Below are positions 23,531-33,383 of a stretch of DNA of 64,000 nt, in pieces. The notes under the pieces were generated by a model. The model did no database searches. It was not told the origin of the DNA and saw only the letters and a program-made list of their open reading frames with translations. Every line of letters starts with the position of its first letter. The stretch's first letter is position 1. Source of the DNA: a virus. The stretch covers positions 64,001 to 128,000 of the IMG/VR virus record IMGVR_UViG_3300036985_002246. One strand, 5' to 3'. The translations under genes were made by a program, and so were the position numbers.

Positions 23531-24489
23531 GCACTGAGAAGAAGGGCAACCCTCCCGTGCTCGTCGTCGGCGGCTCCGACGTGTACCAGCGCCGCAGGCT
23601 GATCAGCAAGATCACGGAGACTCGTCGAGGCCAGGGTTGGAACGTCCTCCCAATCGACGGGAAGGAGCCCGACGCACTCGACTCCGTGTTCGCAATGTCT
23701 GCAATGTTCGAGGCACCAACACTGTGTGTTGTGGTCAATCCAGAGAAGCTATCTCCGGCTGTCGTGATTGACCACCTCCAATCCCCCGACCCCAAGGTCG
23801 TACTGCTGCTGGTCACCGAGAGTGACAAGCCCTCTGGACCGTTCTTTGATCTGGCTCAGAAGAAGGTGTTCACACTCCCACCCTTCTACAAGCTCGAAGA
23901 GCACGCAGCCGCGTTCGTTCAATCGGAGGTCACTGCTCTTGGTGGCTCGTTTGATCCACCCTCACTGGCAACCTCGCTGGTCCGGCGGGTTGGCACTGAC
24001 CTCGGTGTGCTCTCGTTCGAGGCGCAGAAGGCAGTGCTGTTCGCCGGTACAGGTACACCAATCACGGCTACCCACCTGAGGGAGACGCTCGCCCCGCTTG
24101 CTGAGACTGACGGCTCCTCAATCATTGAGGCGCTCGGGACGAAGAACCAGAAGAAGCTCGCGGCGGAGTTGCAGCGGTACCAATCCACGCGGGGGGGCGA
24201 CCCAACGATTGAACTGTGTGGTCGTATCCTCACCCCTGCGCTGACTCGGTGGTTGCAGGCCGCGCACTTGGCTGAGGCGGGTATGTCTGCCTCGGGTGCT
24301 GCTGGAAGTGTGGGGGCAAATCCCTGGTACTGGGAGCACAAGATCCTTCCGCACGCTCTGCGCTGGAAGGTGTCTGGCTGTGCTCGTCTGATCGGTATCG
24401 TGGCGGACGCGCAGACCTTGGTCTTCCGTGGGGGGCTTGCGCCATTCACCTATCTCGAAGCCTCTTTCCTAGCGTTTCTCCGAGACTGA
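23527..24489 (+). CDS. holA: DNA polymerase III delta-like clamp loader subunit
   Basis: VLVVGGSDVYQRRR, RRVGTDLGVLSFEAQKAVLF..IT pattern of HolA; translationally coupled to holB-like gene. Confidence 0.6.
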   Translation: MSTEKKGNPPVLVVGGSDVYQRRRLISKITETRRGQGWNVLPIDGKEPDALDSVFAMSAMFEAPTLCVVVNPEKLSPAVVIDHLQSPDPKVVLLLVTESDKPSGPFFDLAQKKVFTLPPFYKLEEHAAAFVQSEVTALGGSFDPPSLATSLVRRVGTDLGVLSFEAQKAVLFAGTGTPITATHLRETLAPLAETDGSSIIEALGTKNQKKLAAELQRYQSTRGGDPTIELCGRILTPALTRWLQAAHLAEAGMSASGAAGSVGANPWYWEHKILPHALRWKVSGCARLIGIVADAQTLVFRGGLAPFTYLEASFLAFLRD

Positions 24490-24662
24490 CACGGCCCTTT
24501 TTTCTCCTTCGATAGGCAGCACTTCTTACGAGCGGGGCGTGCTGTTCGGGCACCCCTTCCCGAGTCCCAGACCGGTGTCCGATCCCTCAACGGCTGGGGG
24601 CTCGACGGCTGAGATTGTCCGCAACAAACAGCCGGAACCAATTCCGTGTGCTGGGGGTACCC

Positions 24663-26594
24663 ATGAGCGACGAGGGTTTTTCTTTCCCGAATTTGCTGAG
24701 CGAGTTCGTTTGCACTCGAACCTACACTCGGTGGCTCGACGCGGAGAAGCGCCGTGAAAGCTGGCCGGAGACTGTCACTCGCTACACGGACTTCATCTTC
24801 GCGGGGAAGAACGTACCCTCTGGTCTGCGTGAGCGTGCCCGCACCGCGATCCTGAACTTCGAGGTGCTCCCCTCCATGCGTGCGCTGTGGTGCGCTGGGG
24901 ACGCCATGACCCGCGACAACACCTGTGGGTACAACTGCTCGTTCCTGCCGATCGACAACCTCAAGGCGTTCAGTGAGGCGCTCTACATTCTCATGCAGGG
25001 CACCGGGGTCGGCTTCTCGGTCGAGTCCACCTTCGTGGACAACCTCCCCGTCGTGGCAGAGTCCACGGGCGACGAGGTGGACTACCTGATCGCCGACTCG
25101 ACTGAGGGCTGGGCGGACGCCGTCTACTTCGGCGTGACCGCGTTTCACCGTGGTCAGGGCGTCAAGTTCCACTACGACAAGATCCGCCCGAAGGGCTCAC
25201 GCCTCAAGACCAAGGGTGGTCGGGCCTCGGGTCCGGAGCCGCTGAAGCGCGTGCTCGACTTCGCCCAGGAGACGATCTCGAAGGCAGCGGGTCGCCGCCT
25301 CAAGCCGATCGAGGCGCACGACATCATGTGCATGATCGCCGAGATCGTCATGGTCGGCGGCTTCCGTCGGGCGAGCCTGATCTCGTTCTCGGACCCGGAC
25401 GACACGGAAATGCGCCACGCGAAGGACTGGAGCAAGGGCGAGTTCCCCTCGATCCGGTACATGGCGAACATTTCCGCCTACTACAGCGAGAAGCCCACCC
25501 AGGAGGTGTTCTGGCGTGAGTGGGACGCTCTGGTCAAGTCCGAAGCCGGGGAACGTGGCTTCTCGATCGGCAACTGGCACAACCGGTCCGACCGCCCTGC
25601 GGGTGAGATCCGCAGCAACCCCTGCCACGAGATTGGGCTCCGCTTCAAGCGTGCCCTCGACCCGTGGACCGGTGAGGGCGGCGGAGGCCAGTTCTGCAAC
25701 CTTGCAGCCGCGATCATGCGTCCGCACGACACGCTGGAGACAATGGCCGAGAAGGTCAAGCTCGCGACCTGGATCGGGGCAGTCCAGTCCAGCTACACCC
25801 ACTTCCCGTACCTCCGCCCGGCGTGGGCAGAACTCTGCGAGGAGGACCGTCTGCTCGGCGTGGACATTACCGGGCAGTGCGACCACCCGGCGCTCTCGGG
25901 CGACGAGGACGCCATGAGCTTCCTGAACGCGACGGCTCGGGCAACCGCAATCATTGCGGCGGACTCCCTCGGTATCCGCCGTCCGGCTGCGGTCACCTGT
26001 GGCAAGCCCAGCGGCAACTCCTCGCAGCTTGTGGACTGCTCCAGCGGGTTCCATGCGCGCCACGCGAAGTTCTACTTCCGGCACGTTCGGATCTCGGGGA
26101 AGGACCCCCTCTTCCACCTCGTCCGGGACGCGGGCGTCCCCGTGTTCAAGGAGAACGGGCAGGAGGAGTTGCCCGACCATGCCGTGGACGTGTGGGTGGC
26201 GAGGTTCCCGGTGAAGGCACCGGAGACGGCCATGACCCGGCACGACGAGAAGACGCTCGACCAACTCGAACGCTACCTGAAGATCATGCGCTCCTGGTGC
26301 GGGGAGAAGGGCCACAACCAGTCGGCCACGATCTACGTCCGCGAGGGCGAGTGGACCCAGGTGGGTGAGTGGCTCTGGGAGCACTTCGACGAGGTCACCG
26401 GCCTGAGCTTCCTGCCCTACCACGGCGGGAACTACCGGCTCTCCCCCTACGTCGAACTCACGGAGGAGGGGTACGAGGAGGCTGCTCGTGCCATGCCGAC
26501 CGTGAACTTCGAGGAACTCTCGTTCTACGAGACGCGGGACGAGGGTCACGGCAGTTCTGAACCCGCTTGCGCGGGCGGCCTGTGCGACCTGTGA
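24663..26594 (+). CDS. nrdJ: class II (AdoCbl) ribonucleotide reductase, monomeric type
   Basis: RTYTRW..RRESWPETV, YNCSF, LMQGTGVGFS, SNPCHEI, TCGKPSG, C-terminal CAGGLCDL. Confidence 0.92.
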   Translation: MSDEGFSFPNLLSEFVCTRTYTRWLDAEKRRESWPETVTRYTDFIFAGKNVPSGLRERARTAILNFEVLPSMRALWCAGDAMTRDNTCGYNCSFLPIDNLKAFSEALYILMQGTGVGFSVESTFVDNLPVVAESTGDEVDYLIADSTEGWADAVYFGVTAFHRGQGVKFHYDKIRPKGSRLKTKGGRASGPEPLKRVLDFAQETISKAAGRRLKPIEAHDIMCMIAEIVMVGGFRRASLISFSDPDDTEMRHAKDWSKGEFPSIRYMANISAYYSEKPTQEVFWREWDALVKSEAGERGFSIGNWHNRSDRPAGEIRSNPCHEIGLRFKRALDPWTGEGGGGQFCNLAAAIMRPHDTLETMAEKVKLATWIGAVQSSYTHFPYLRPAWAELCEEDRLLGVDITGQCDHPALSGDEDAMSFLNATARATAIIAADSLGIRRPAAVTCGKPSGNSSQLVDCSSGFHARHAKFYFRHVRISGKDPLFHLVRDAGVPVFKENGQEELPDHAVDVWVARFPVKAPETAMTRHDEKTLDQLERYLKIMRSWCGEKGHNQSATIYVREGEWTQVGEWLWEHFDEVTGLSFLPYHGGNYRLSPYVELTEEGYEEAARAMPTVNFEELSFYETRDEGHGSSEPACAGGLCDL

Positions 26595-26620
26595 CCTCCT
26601 GATCGCTCGTGGATCCAGGC

Positions 26621-26658
26621 AGAAGGGCCAGGCGTGAAGCCTGGCCCTTCTGTTTTCT
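26621..26658 (+). terminator. intrinsic terminator after nrdJ
   Basis: AGAAGGGCCAGG-CGTGAAG-CCTGGCCCTTCT followed by GTTTT. Confidence 0.75.
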
Positions 26659-26757
26659 GCGGGGGTTGCAACCGTCCGGTCGTGTTTCTAGGGCGTAAGG
26701 TAGGGGTCTACCTGCAACTTCGAGGTGCTGCCAGTCTGGCAGCACCTAGAAATCCCA

Positions 26758-29082
26758 ATGAATTACTACTCAGGCCGTGTTCACAGCGTCGTCTTCGAGA
26801 ACGAATCCAAGGCGTTCTACATTGTCCGCATGATCCTCGACGAGGCGTCGGACAGCATTCCCGACGGGGGTGCCGACAAGGTGAATGGCTCGGTCACCGT
26901 TCGGGGGGACATTCCTGGACTTCAGGTTGGGGTTGGCACCTGGTTCGGCTTCGAGGGGGTCTGGGACAACCACCCCCAGTTCGGTCGGCAGCTTCGGATC
27001 ATTCGCGCCCCGGTCATGAAGAAGGATTGGGACTCGGACACGTCCGAGAAGATCCTCTTGTCTCAGGGGATTGGTCCCACCGTCGCGGCCAAGCTCCGGG
27101 CTCACTTCGGGGAGGGCATGGCTGAAGCCCTCATGGACCCGGAGAAGGTCAGCGCCGTCCCAGGCATGACGAAGTTCACGGCGCTCCACGTCACGAACCG
27201 GTGGCAGGCAGCGCGTGCTCACTTCCTGGCCCTGGAGTTTCTGAACGACCTGGGGTTGCCACAGGGGAGGATCCGGCAGATCTGGGCAACCTTCGGCGAC
27301 TCCGCCCAGGAGAAGCTATCCTCCAACCCCTGGGCACTCGTTCAGATTGAGGGCGTCACGTTCCACGACGCAGACACGGTGGCCATGAGGCTCCACCTCG
27401 ACACCTCACCCACGAACAAGCTCCGTATCGCTGGAGCAGTGCTTCACGCCTGTCGGTCAGGTCGGGGCTTCGGCCACCTGTACTCGTCGAGCGGGGATAT
27501 GCTCGGGACCGTTCGGGCGATCGACTCAGGCTTCGCCGACAAGGACGTGGCGGAGGCCGTGAAGGCGCTGGCCGAGACAGACCTCCTGATCATTGACCGC
27601 TCCACTCAGCCAGGTGTGGTCGCAATCTACGACCCCTGGTCGTTCAGGATCGAGTCCGAGTCTGCGGAGATCTTGCTGGAGCGAGCTACCAACGCCCGGC
27701 TCTCGTCAGCAGCAGAGGCAACCTATGTGCGTGCCCTCATTGGTGAGGGTGAGGTTGCCTTGTCTCTCCTGGACGCGGTGAACCTCGCCCTCGACCGGCT
27801 GAGCGCGTCCGGGTCCACCACGCTCTCGGCGGCTCAGGCTCAGGGCGTCCGCAACGCTCTGTGTGAACCCGTCTCGATCATTTCGGGCCTCCCAGGCACG
27901 GGCAAGACCACCAGCTTGCGGGTGGCTGTGACGCTCATGCAGGAGGCGAGCATTCCGTTCTTGCTGGTCGCCCCCACGGGCATTGCGGCCAAGCGAGTGT
28001 CGTCCGTGACTGGGGCGACCGCTTCCACGATCCACCGGGCGTTCAAGGCCAAGGGCAGTTCGGACAACTCTCGGGAGACTACCTACGCCGGGATCGTGGG
28101 CGAGGGTGATGGTCTCTCGGGTCTGGACGGCTCGTCTGAGGCGTGGGGCTACTCGGAGGCAGAGCCACACCCGGCGGACGTGGTGATCGTGGACGAGTCC
28201 TCAATGGTGGACCAACACCTCCTCTACCGGATCCTGACCTGCACGAAGAAGGAAGCCCGCCTCGTGTTCGTCGGCGACGCTGCTCAGCTTCCCTCAGTGG
28301 GTCCAGGGAACGTGCTTCGGGACATGATCGCGTCGAAGCTCTTCCCGACCGTCTCCATGACCGAGATCTTCCGGCAGGCAGACACCTCCTCGATCGTGCG
28401 GGCGGCTCACGCGATCCACCGGGGAGACGTGCCCGACGCTCCTGCTGGGGGTGACTTCTCTCTCGTCGAGTGCTCCGACGACGACAAGGTCGCCGACATT
28501 ATCGTCTCGGCGGCGGAGAAGCTCTACCTGGCCCGGCGGAACTTCCAGGTGCTCTCGCCCAGGCACGGTGGCCCGGTGGGTGTCACGACCCTCAACTCCA
28601 GGTTGAGGGAACTGCTCAACCCGAAGCAGGCGAGCCTGCACGAAATGCGGATTGGGTCGGACGTTCTCCGAGAGGAGGACCGGATCATGGTGATCCGCAA
28701 CGACTACAAGCTGGGCATTTACAACGGCGACGTGGGCAAGATCTGCACAATCGACAAGAAAAACAAGGAGGTCAAGATCAAGATCCATGGCCCGCCGGTC
28801 ATGGAACTCATGGTCCCCTTCGCGAAGGCACCCGCACTTCTGCGGCTGGCCTACGCCGTCACGGTCCACAAGAGCCAGGGCCAAGAGTACGACGTGATCG
28901 TCATGCCCGTCGTCTCGTTCTCCCACCAACTCCAGCGCAATCTCCTCTACACGGCGGTCACTCGCGCCCGCAAGAAGGTCGTCCTGGTGGGGACCAAGTC
29001 CGCCCTGATTCGAGCCGTCGCCAATGAGCGCGAGTCTGCGCGAAACACGCTCCTCCGGCAAAGATTGCTGTCGGAGTCATAG
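26758..29082 (+). CDS. recD2: RecD2-like SF1B helicase
   Basis: HhH repeats, SGLPGTGKTT, VIVDESSM, GDAAQLPSVGPG, AYAVTVHKSQGQEY, LLYTAVTRAR. Confidence 0.92.
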   Translation: MNYYSGRVHSVVFENESKAFYIVRMILDEASDSIPDGGADKVNGSVTVRGDIPGLQVGVGTWFGFEGVWDNHPQFGRQLRIIRAPVMKKDWDSDTSEKILLSQGIGPTVAAKLRAHFGEGMAEALMDPEKVSAVPGMTKFTALHVTNRWQAARAHFLALEFLNDLGLPQGRIRQIWATFGDSAQEKLSSNPWALVQIEGVTFHDADTVAMRLHLDTSPTNKLRIAGAVLHACRSGRGFGHLYSSSGDMLGTVRAIDSGFADKDVAEAVKALAETDLLIIDRSTQPGVVAIYDPWSFRIESESAEILLERATNARLSSAAEATYVRALIGEGEVALSLLDAVNLALDRLSASGSTTLSAAQAQGVRNALCEPVSIISGLPGTGKTTSLRVAVTLMQEASIPFLLVAPTGIAAKRVSSVTGATASTIHRAFKAKGSSDNSRETTYAGIVGEGDGLSGLDGSSEAWGYSEAEPHPADVVIVDESSMVDQHLLYRILTCTKKEARLVFVGDAAQLPSVGPGNVLRDMIASKLFPTVSMTEIFRQADTSSIVRAAHAIHRGDVPDAPAGGDFSLVECSDDDKVADIIVSAAEKLYLARRNFQVLSPRHGGPVGVTTLNSRLRELLNPKQASLHEMRIGSDVLREEDRIMVIRNDYKLGIYNGDVGKICTIDKKNKEVKIKIHGPPVMELMVPFAKAPALLRLAYAVTVHKSQGQEYDVIVMPVVSFSHQLQRNLLYTAVTRARKKVVLVGTKSALIRAVANERESARNTLLRQRLLSES

Positions 29083-29138
29083 GGGTCTACCTCGCCTCGC
29101 GAGGCGTAAAGCTCAGACCGCCCGGAGGGCTGGACACT

Positions 29139-29546
29139 ATGAGCAACGACGAGATCCGTGAAATGGTGAAGCGAGTGAAGGCAGGGCTTCGGATCACGAA
29201 GGTGGTCGCGACCCGTTCGGTCAAGGGGTCGAGGGGCGACACCTACGTCGGCTTCTCTGCTGCCTGGAACACCGTTCAGGAAGACGGTGGCCAGGACCTC
29301 GTCCACACGGGTGAGGACAGTGACCAAGCGGAGAGCCTCGGCTCAATGACCGTGCAGGAGGCGATCGTCGCTTCCTGCCTTCTGGCTCGCGAGGCGGACC
29401 TCGCGGCTCACCGGAATGCCATGGCCGGTGGTAACATTTCCCAGCAGCACTGCGCTGACGCCATTCAGGCGATCAAGGGCAACTACGCCAAGCTGCTCGT
29501 ACAGGCGCTCAGCGAGACGAACGGCGGAGACAAGGCGAAGGAATGA
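29139..29546 (+). CDS. hypothetical protein
   Basis: 135-aa ORF within the operon. Confidence 0.7.
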   Translation: MSNDEIREMVKRVKAGLRITKVVATRSVKGSRGDTYVGFSAAWNTVQEDGGQDLVHTGEDSDQAESLGSMTVQEAIVASCLLAREADLAAHRNAMAGGNISQQHCADAIQAIKGNYAKLLVQALSETNGGDKAKE

Positions 29547-30400
29547 GCAACGCTCCCTCTGTAGACCCGGCCCGGATTGAGAGCTTCTATCAGGAACTCG
29601 CCGGTATGCAGGTGGAACTCGACGCCGACCCGCTCGCGCTTGGTCCGAAGCGGATCAACGCGAAGACGGCGGCGTGTCGAGCGTTGCTCTCTCGCACCGA
29701 GCGCATTTTCCTGGAGATCTCGCAGGACCTCTACTGGTACAAGCGGGAGCACCGCATGGCGTTGGCGGACTTCGAGTTGGCCGTGCAGGAACTCATGTCC
29801 AACGACCCTGAGGTCCGCGCAGGCCGGAATATCACCGACCGTGAGGCTATCGCCCACACCAAGCTCCGTGCTGACCGGGAGCGGATCAGCGTCCTCCAGT
29901 TCGCCTGCGAGGACCTGGACGCCGTGCTGTCGGTCGTGAAGGTGAAGCGCAACGACCTCAAGGACATTGCCTCCCGCCTCCGCGACCAACTCAAGATCTG
30001 CCAGGAGGAGATCGGGCTCGGGGCTCGCTGGGGCCTGAAGAAGCGGCTCCCCAGGGCTGAGGAGGCGGCTCAATCTTCCAGGTCCACCGACGGGGTGGTC
30101 GCGCTCATGGACGAGATCCTCGCCAAGTCCGACGACGAGGACGAAGAGGCGTCCGACGAGGACGACGAGGACGTGCTCCCGGCAGAGATTGAGGGGAGCC
30201 AGGTTCCCCCCACCTCCGTCATGGACACAATCTTCGACGGGATTGGGACACCTGGGCCGCTGCCTGAGGGTCAGCCTACGTCCGAGACAGACGCTGAGAT
30301 TGACGCCCACCTCGAAGGGCTCAATGTCCCCACTCAGCCCTCTATTGAGGCCGATCCAGGAATCGACATGAGCCTCGACGAAATACTAGACTCGTTCTAG
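29543..30400 (+). CDS. coiled-coil protein with acidic tail, possibly UvsY-like mediator
   Basis: helical N-terminal half, D/E-rich tail, recombination-gene context; family is a guess. Confidence 0.5.
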   Translation: MSNAPSVDPARIESFYQELAGMQVELDADPLALGPKRINAKTAACRALLSRTERIFLEISQDLYWYKREHRMALADFELAVQELMSNDPEVRAGRNITDREAIAHTKLRADRERISVLQFACEDLDAVLSVVKVKRNDLKDIASRLRDQLKICQEEIGLGARWGLKKRLPRAEEAAQSSRSTDGVVALMDEILAKSDDEDEEASDEDDEDVLPAEIEGSQVPPTSVMDTIFDGIGTPGPLPEGQPTSETDAEIDAHLEGLNVPTQPSIEADPGIDMSLDEILDSF

Positions 30401-30481
30401 CCCGGTTGGGCGTAAGTCACTTGCAGGGGTCACGTCTCTCATCAACGGAACGACCCGCCCCTGCAACACAGGAGATCGATC

Positions 30482-31213
30482 ATGAACAGTGGATTCCAGG
30501 AGTTCGGCTACGGTGAGGGCGACGACAAGGTCGGAGCCAAGAGCAAGCGGTTCAAGGCGAAGGAGGGCGAGAAGTACCGCGTCAGCTTCGTCTGGTGGCC
30601 CGGCATGGAGGAGGGCAAGCCCAACCTCGACGCCGCGACGCCGAAGTTCATTGGCTGCAAGCGCCTCTACCTCGCGGGCGTCGGCTACTTCATCGACAAG
30701 GGGCCGGAGTTCGCGAAGATCGCCGGGGCGTCCTCGAAGATGCAAGTCGCCACGCTGATCTGCGTGTGGCCGACCGACTCGAAGGGCAATCTCGACAAGG
30801 GCCGGTTCCAGAGCGGTGACTTCACGGTCATGCCGTGGATCATCAGCACCGACAAGTACCGGAATATCGAGCAGAACCACAAGGAGTTCCCGCTCGGCCA
30901 GCACGACCTGTCGCTGACCTGCACGGACACCCAGTACCAGAAGATCACGATCTCGCCGTGCCGGGAGAACCTCTTCCGCAAGCTCTACGAGAAGGACCCG
31001 GCGAAGGCGGCGGACATCATCGCGCAAGCCAGGGAGGGTATCGCCGCGATCCACGGCGAACTCGCTCAGGACCTGACGATCGACCAGATCAAGGAGAAGC
31101 TCGGTCGCCAGTCGTCCGGCCCCGGTGGCGGCGGCAACGGCGGCGGGGGCGCGGGGATCGCAGCGTCGGACAGCAAGCAGTTCGACACCATGCTCGACGA
31201 CATTCTCGGCTGA
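30482..31213 (+). CDS. probable single-stranded DNA-binding protein
   Basis: strong SD, Gly linker and acidic hydrophobic tail FDTMLDDILG, position next to recA and ruvC. Confidence 0.55.
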   Translation: MNSGFQEFGYGEGDDKVGAKSKRFKAKEGEKYRVSFVWWPGMEEGKPNLDAATPKFIGCKRLYLAGVGYFIDKGPEFAKIAGASSKMQVATLICVWPTDSKGNLDKGRFQSGDFTVMPWIISTDKYRNIEQNHKEFPLGQHDLSLTCTDTQYQKITISPCRENLFRKLYEKDPAKAADIIAQAREGIAAIHGELAQDLTIDQIKEKLGRQSSGPGGGGNGGGGAGIAASDSKQFDTMLDDILG

Positions 31214-31292
31214 GCACTTCCCGCTGCGGGTTGCAGCGGTCCCGCTTCGCGGCGGGAGAAGAGGGCACTCCCCTCAACAGCCCGGCCATACC

Positions 31293-31345
31293 ACTGACCC
31301 CCGACTCGGCTTCCCACAAGGCTGGGCCGGGGGTCAGTCTTTTGC
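31293..31345 (+). terminator. long hairpin plus TTTT after the SSB-like gene
   Basis: ACTGACCCCCG..CGGGGGTCAGT-CTTTT. Confidence 0.55.
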
Positions 31346-31358
31346 CCCTCCGGAGCCC

Positions 31359-32030
31359 ATGCTCGTACTCGGATTGGACCCCAGCCTCACGAATTTCGGG
31401 TGGGCGCTACACGACTCGCTCGCTACGGGTGCAGGCCGGTGTGTCAGCCGTGGGAGGTTTGCGACGAAGGCCAGCATGACCTTCGTGGACCGCTATGTGT
31501 TCATGCGGGAGTCGCTCCGGCAACTGCTTCAGGACACCAAGCCTGACAGGGTCGGGATTGAGTCCCCCGTCTTCAACGACCTGTTCTCGGAGGGAATGTA
31601 CGGGCTGTTCCTGTACTCCAACGAGGCACTCAGGATCGAGCAGAAGGACGTGGTGTACTTCTCCCCAGGGCAGGGGAAGGCGCACGCCCGAGAGACTCTC
31701 GGTCGCCCGGACAAGTGGAAAATGCTCAAGGCAGACATGGTTGCTGCTGCCAGGCATGACACGGGTGGCGGGACCTGGAACCACAACGAGGCAGACGCCT
31801 ACCTGATTGCAAGGCTGGCGGCCCGCTTCTGGGACTTCTTCGAGGGCAATCTCGACGAGGCCGCACTCACCCCTGTAGAGCGTAAGCAGTTTCTCCTGAT
31901 CCACACCTTCCAACGAGGGAAGCGTGCAGGACACACGGTCAAGAAGGGGCTCCTCTATCGAGAGGAGGACCGCTTCTTCCGTTGGTCCCAAGTATCACCC
32001 GACCCCGACATTCCGACGAAGAGGCCCTGA
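31359..32030 (+). CDS. ruvC: RuvC-like Holliday junction resolvase
   Basis: VLGLDPSLTNFGWA, VGIESP, HNEADAYLIA. Confidence 0.75.
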   Translation: MLVLGLDPSLTNFGWALHDSLATGAGRCVSRGRFATKASMTFVDRYVFMRESLRQLLQDTKPDRVGIESPVFNDLFSEGMYGLFLYSNEALRIEQKDVVYFSPGQGKAHARETLGRPDKWKMLKADMVAAARHDTGGGTWNHNEADAYLIARLAARFWDFFEGNLDEAALTPVERKQFLLIHTFQRGKRAGHTVKKGLLYREEDRFFRWSQVSPDPDIPTKRP

Positions 32031-33353
32031 ATGACGAAGAAGAAGCCCGACGAAGCTCCCGCTCCTGCTCCCAAGAAGTCCGCCAAGGCTGCTGTCCCCG
32101 CCAAGAACCTCAGCCCGCTCGTTCGAGCACGGGCTGCGCTCAAGACGATCCTGAAGGAGGACCACGTCACACCGCTGTCGGACAGCACGCTCAAGTCCTC
32201 CCTCCCGCATATCCCGACGGGCTCGATCGTCCTCGACTTCCTGATCGGTGGCCGCCCCAATCAGTACGGGGTCGCCCCGTGCCCCGGTATCCCCCGAGCG
32301 AAGATCTTCAACCTCTACGGCAACGCGGGTGCGGGCAAGACGACTCTCGCCCTCACGACGGCAGCGTCGATCTGCAACGCGGGCGGAACCTGCGTCTATA
32401 TCGACTGGGAGAACGAGATTGAGCCCCGCTACGCGGCTCGTCTCGGGGTGCCCGTTCAGGACGGCAGCAGGTTCCTCCTCATGCAGCCGAACACGCTGGA
32501 GGAGGGCATGAAGATCATGGTCCAAATGGCGAGCGAGGGTGTGGACCTGATCGTCGTGGACTCGGTCGGAGCAGGCGTTCCGGAAGACCTCTACAACCGT
32601 TCGGTGGACGAGGAGGGGGCGCAGACTCGGATCGGCCTCAACGCCGCGAAGTGGTCGCAGTTCCTCCCGAAGTTCAAGAGCATTGTCGCCAAGAGCAACA
32701 CGGCGGTGATCGGTATCTCCCAGCTTCGCAAGACGATCGACAAGAGCGGCCACGGACCCGACTCCGCTGCTCAGGGCGGCGAGGCGTGGAAGTACTACTC
32801 GGCTGTCCGCATGAGCCTCCGGGTCTACCAGAAGGAGAAGGCCAAGCAGTTCAACGCCCTTCTCGGCAAGTCTGAGGACACGATCGTCGGCACGTCGGTC
32901 CTGGCCAAGCTCGACAAGTGCAAGGTCAGCGACTCGGTCCACCACGAGGCCAAGTTCTTCCTGCGGAGCGGCTTCGGAATCGACAACACCCGCTCGGTGA
33001 TCGACCTCGCCGCCACCTACAAGATCATTGACAAGAGCGGCTCCTGGTTCGAGTGGGAGACGGCCCCCGGCGGGAAGATCCGCGCTCAGGGCATGGACGG
33101 CATGATCAGGCTCGTCACCGAGCAGAAGGGTGCTCTCAAGGCGCTCTTCGCCCAGGTCGTCCCCAAGCTCACTGCCGTTCAGAAGCTCGACCCCACGACG
33201 ATCGAGGACGAGGAGGAGGAGGTGATCGGCGAGGACCTCTTCGACGAGATCGTCCCCGTCTCGGACGCTGAAGCCGCCCGTCGTGCAAAGGCGTCTGGCG
33301 GTGAGCCCCCCGCCGGGTTCCTGGCGGACCTCGACGAGTCCGAATCCGACTGA
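32031..33353 (+). CDS. recA: RecA/UvsX recombinase
   Basis: IPTGSIVLDFLIGG, YGNAGAGKTT, LIVVDSV, ISQLR, GGEAWKYYSAVR. Confidence 0.92.
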   Translation: MTKKKPDEAPAPAPKKSAKAAVPAKNLSPLVRARAALKTILKEDHVTPLSDSTLKSSLPHIPTGSIVLDFLIGGRPNQYGVAPCPGIPRAKIFNLYGNAGAGKTTLALTTAASICNAGGTCVYIDWENEIEPRYAARLGVPVQDGSRFLLMQPNTLEEGMKIMVQMASEGVDLIVVDSVGAGVPEDLYNRSVDEEGAQTRIGLNAAKWSQFLPKFKSIVAKSNTAVIGISQLRKTIDKSGHGPDSAAQGGEAWKYYSAVRMSLRVYQKEKAKQFNALLGKSEDTIVGTSVLAKLDKCKVSDSVHHEAKFFLRSGFGIDNTRSVIDLAATYKIIDKSGSWFEWETAPGGKIRAQGMDGMIRLVTEQKGALKALFAQVVPKLTAVQKLDPTTIEDEEEEVIGEDLFDEIVPVSDAEAARRAKASGGEPPAGFLADLDESESD

Positions 33354-33383
33354 CCGTAGTGAGGGAATGGGGTACTCTCCACC

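Noticed and set aside
24490-24662. Cobalamin riboswitch upstream of nrdJ
   Set aside because: There is only a loose GAGTCCCAGACC resemblance to the B12 box; the other conserved elements were not found.
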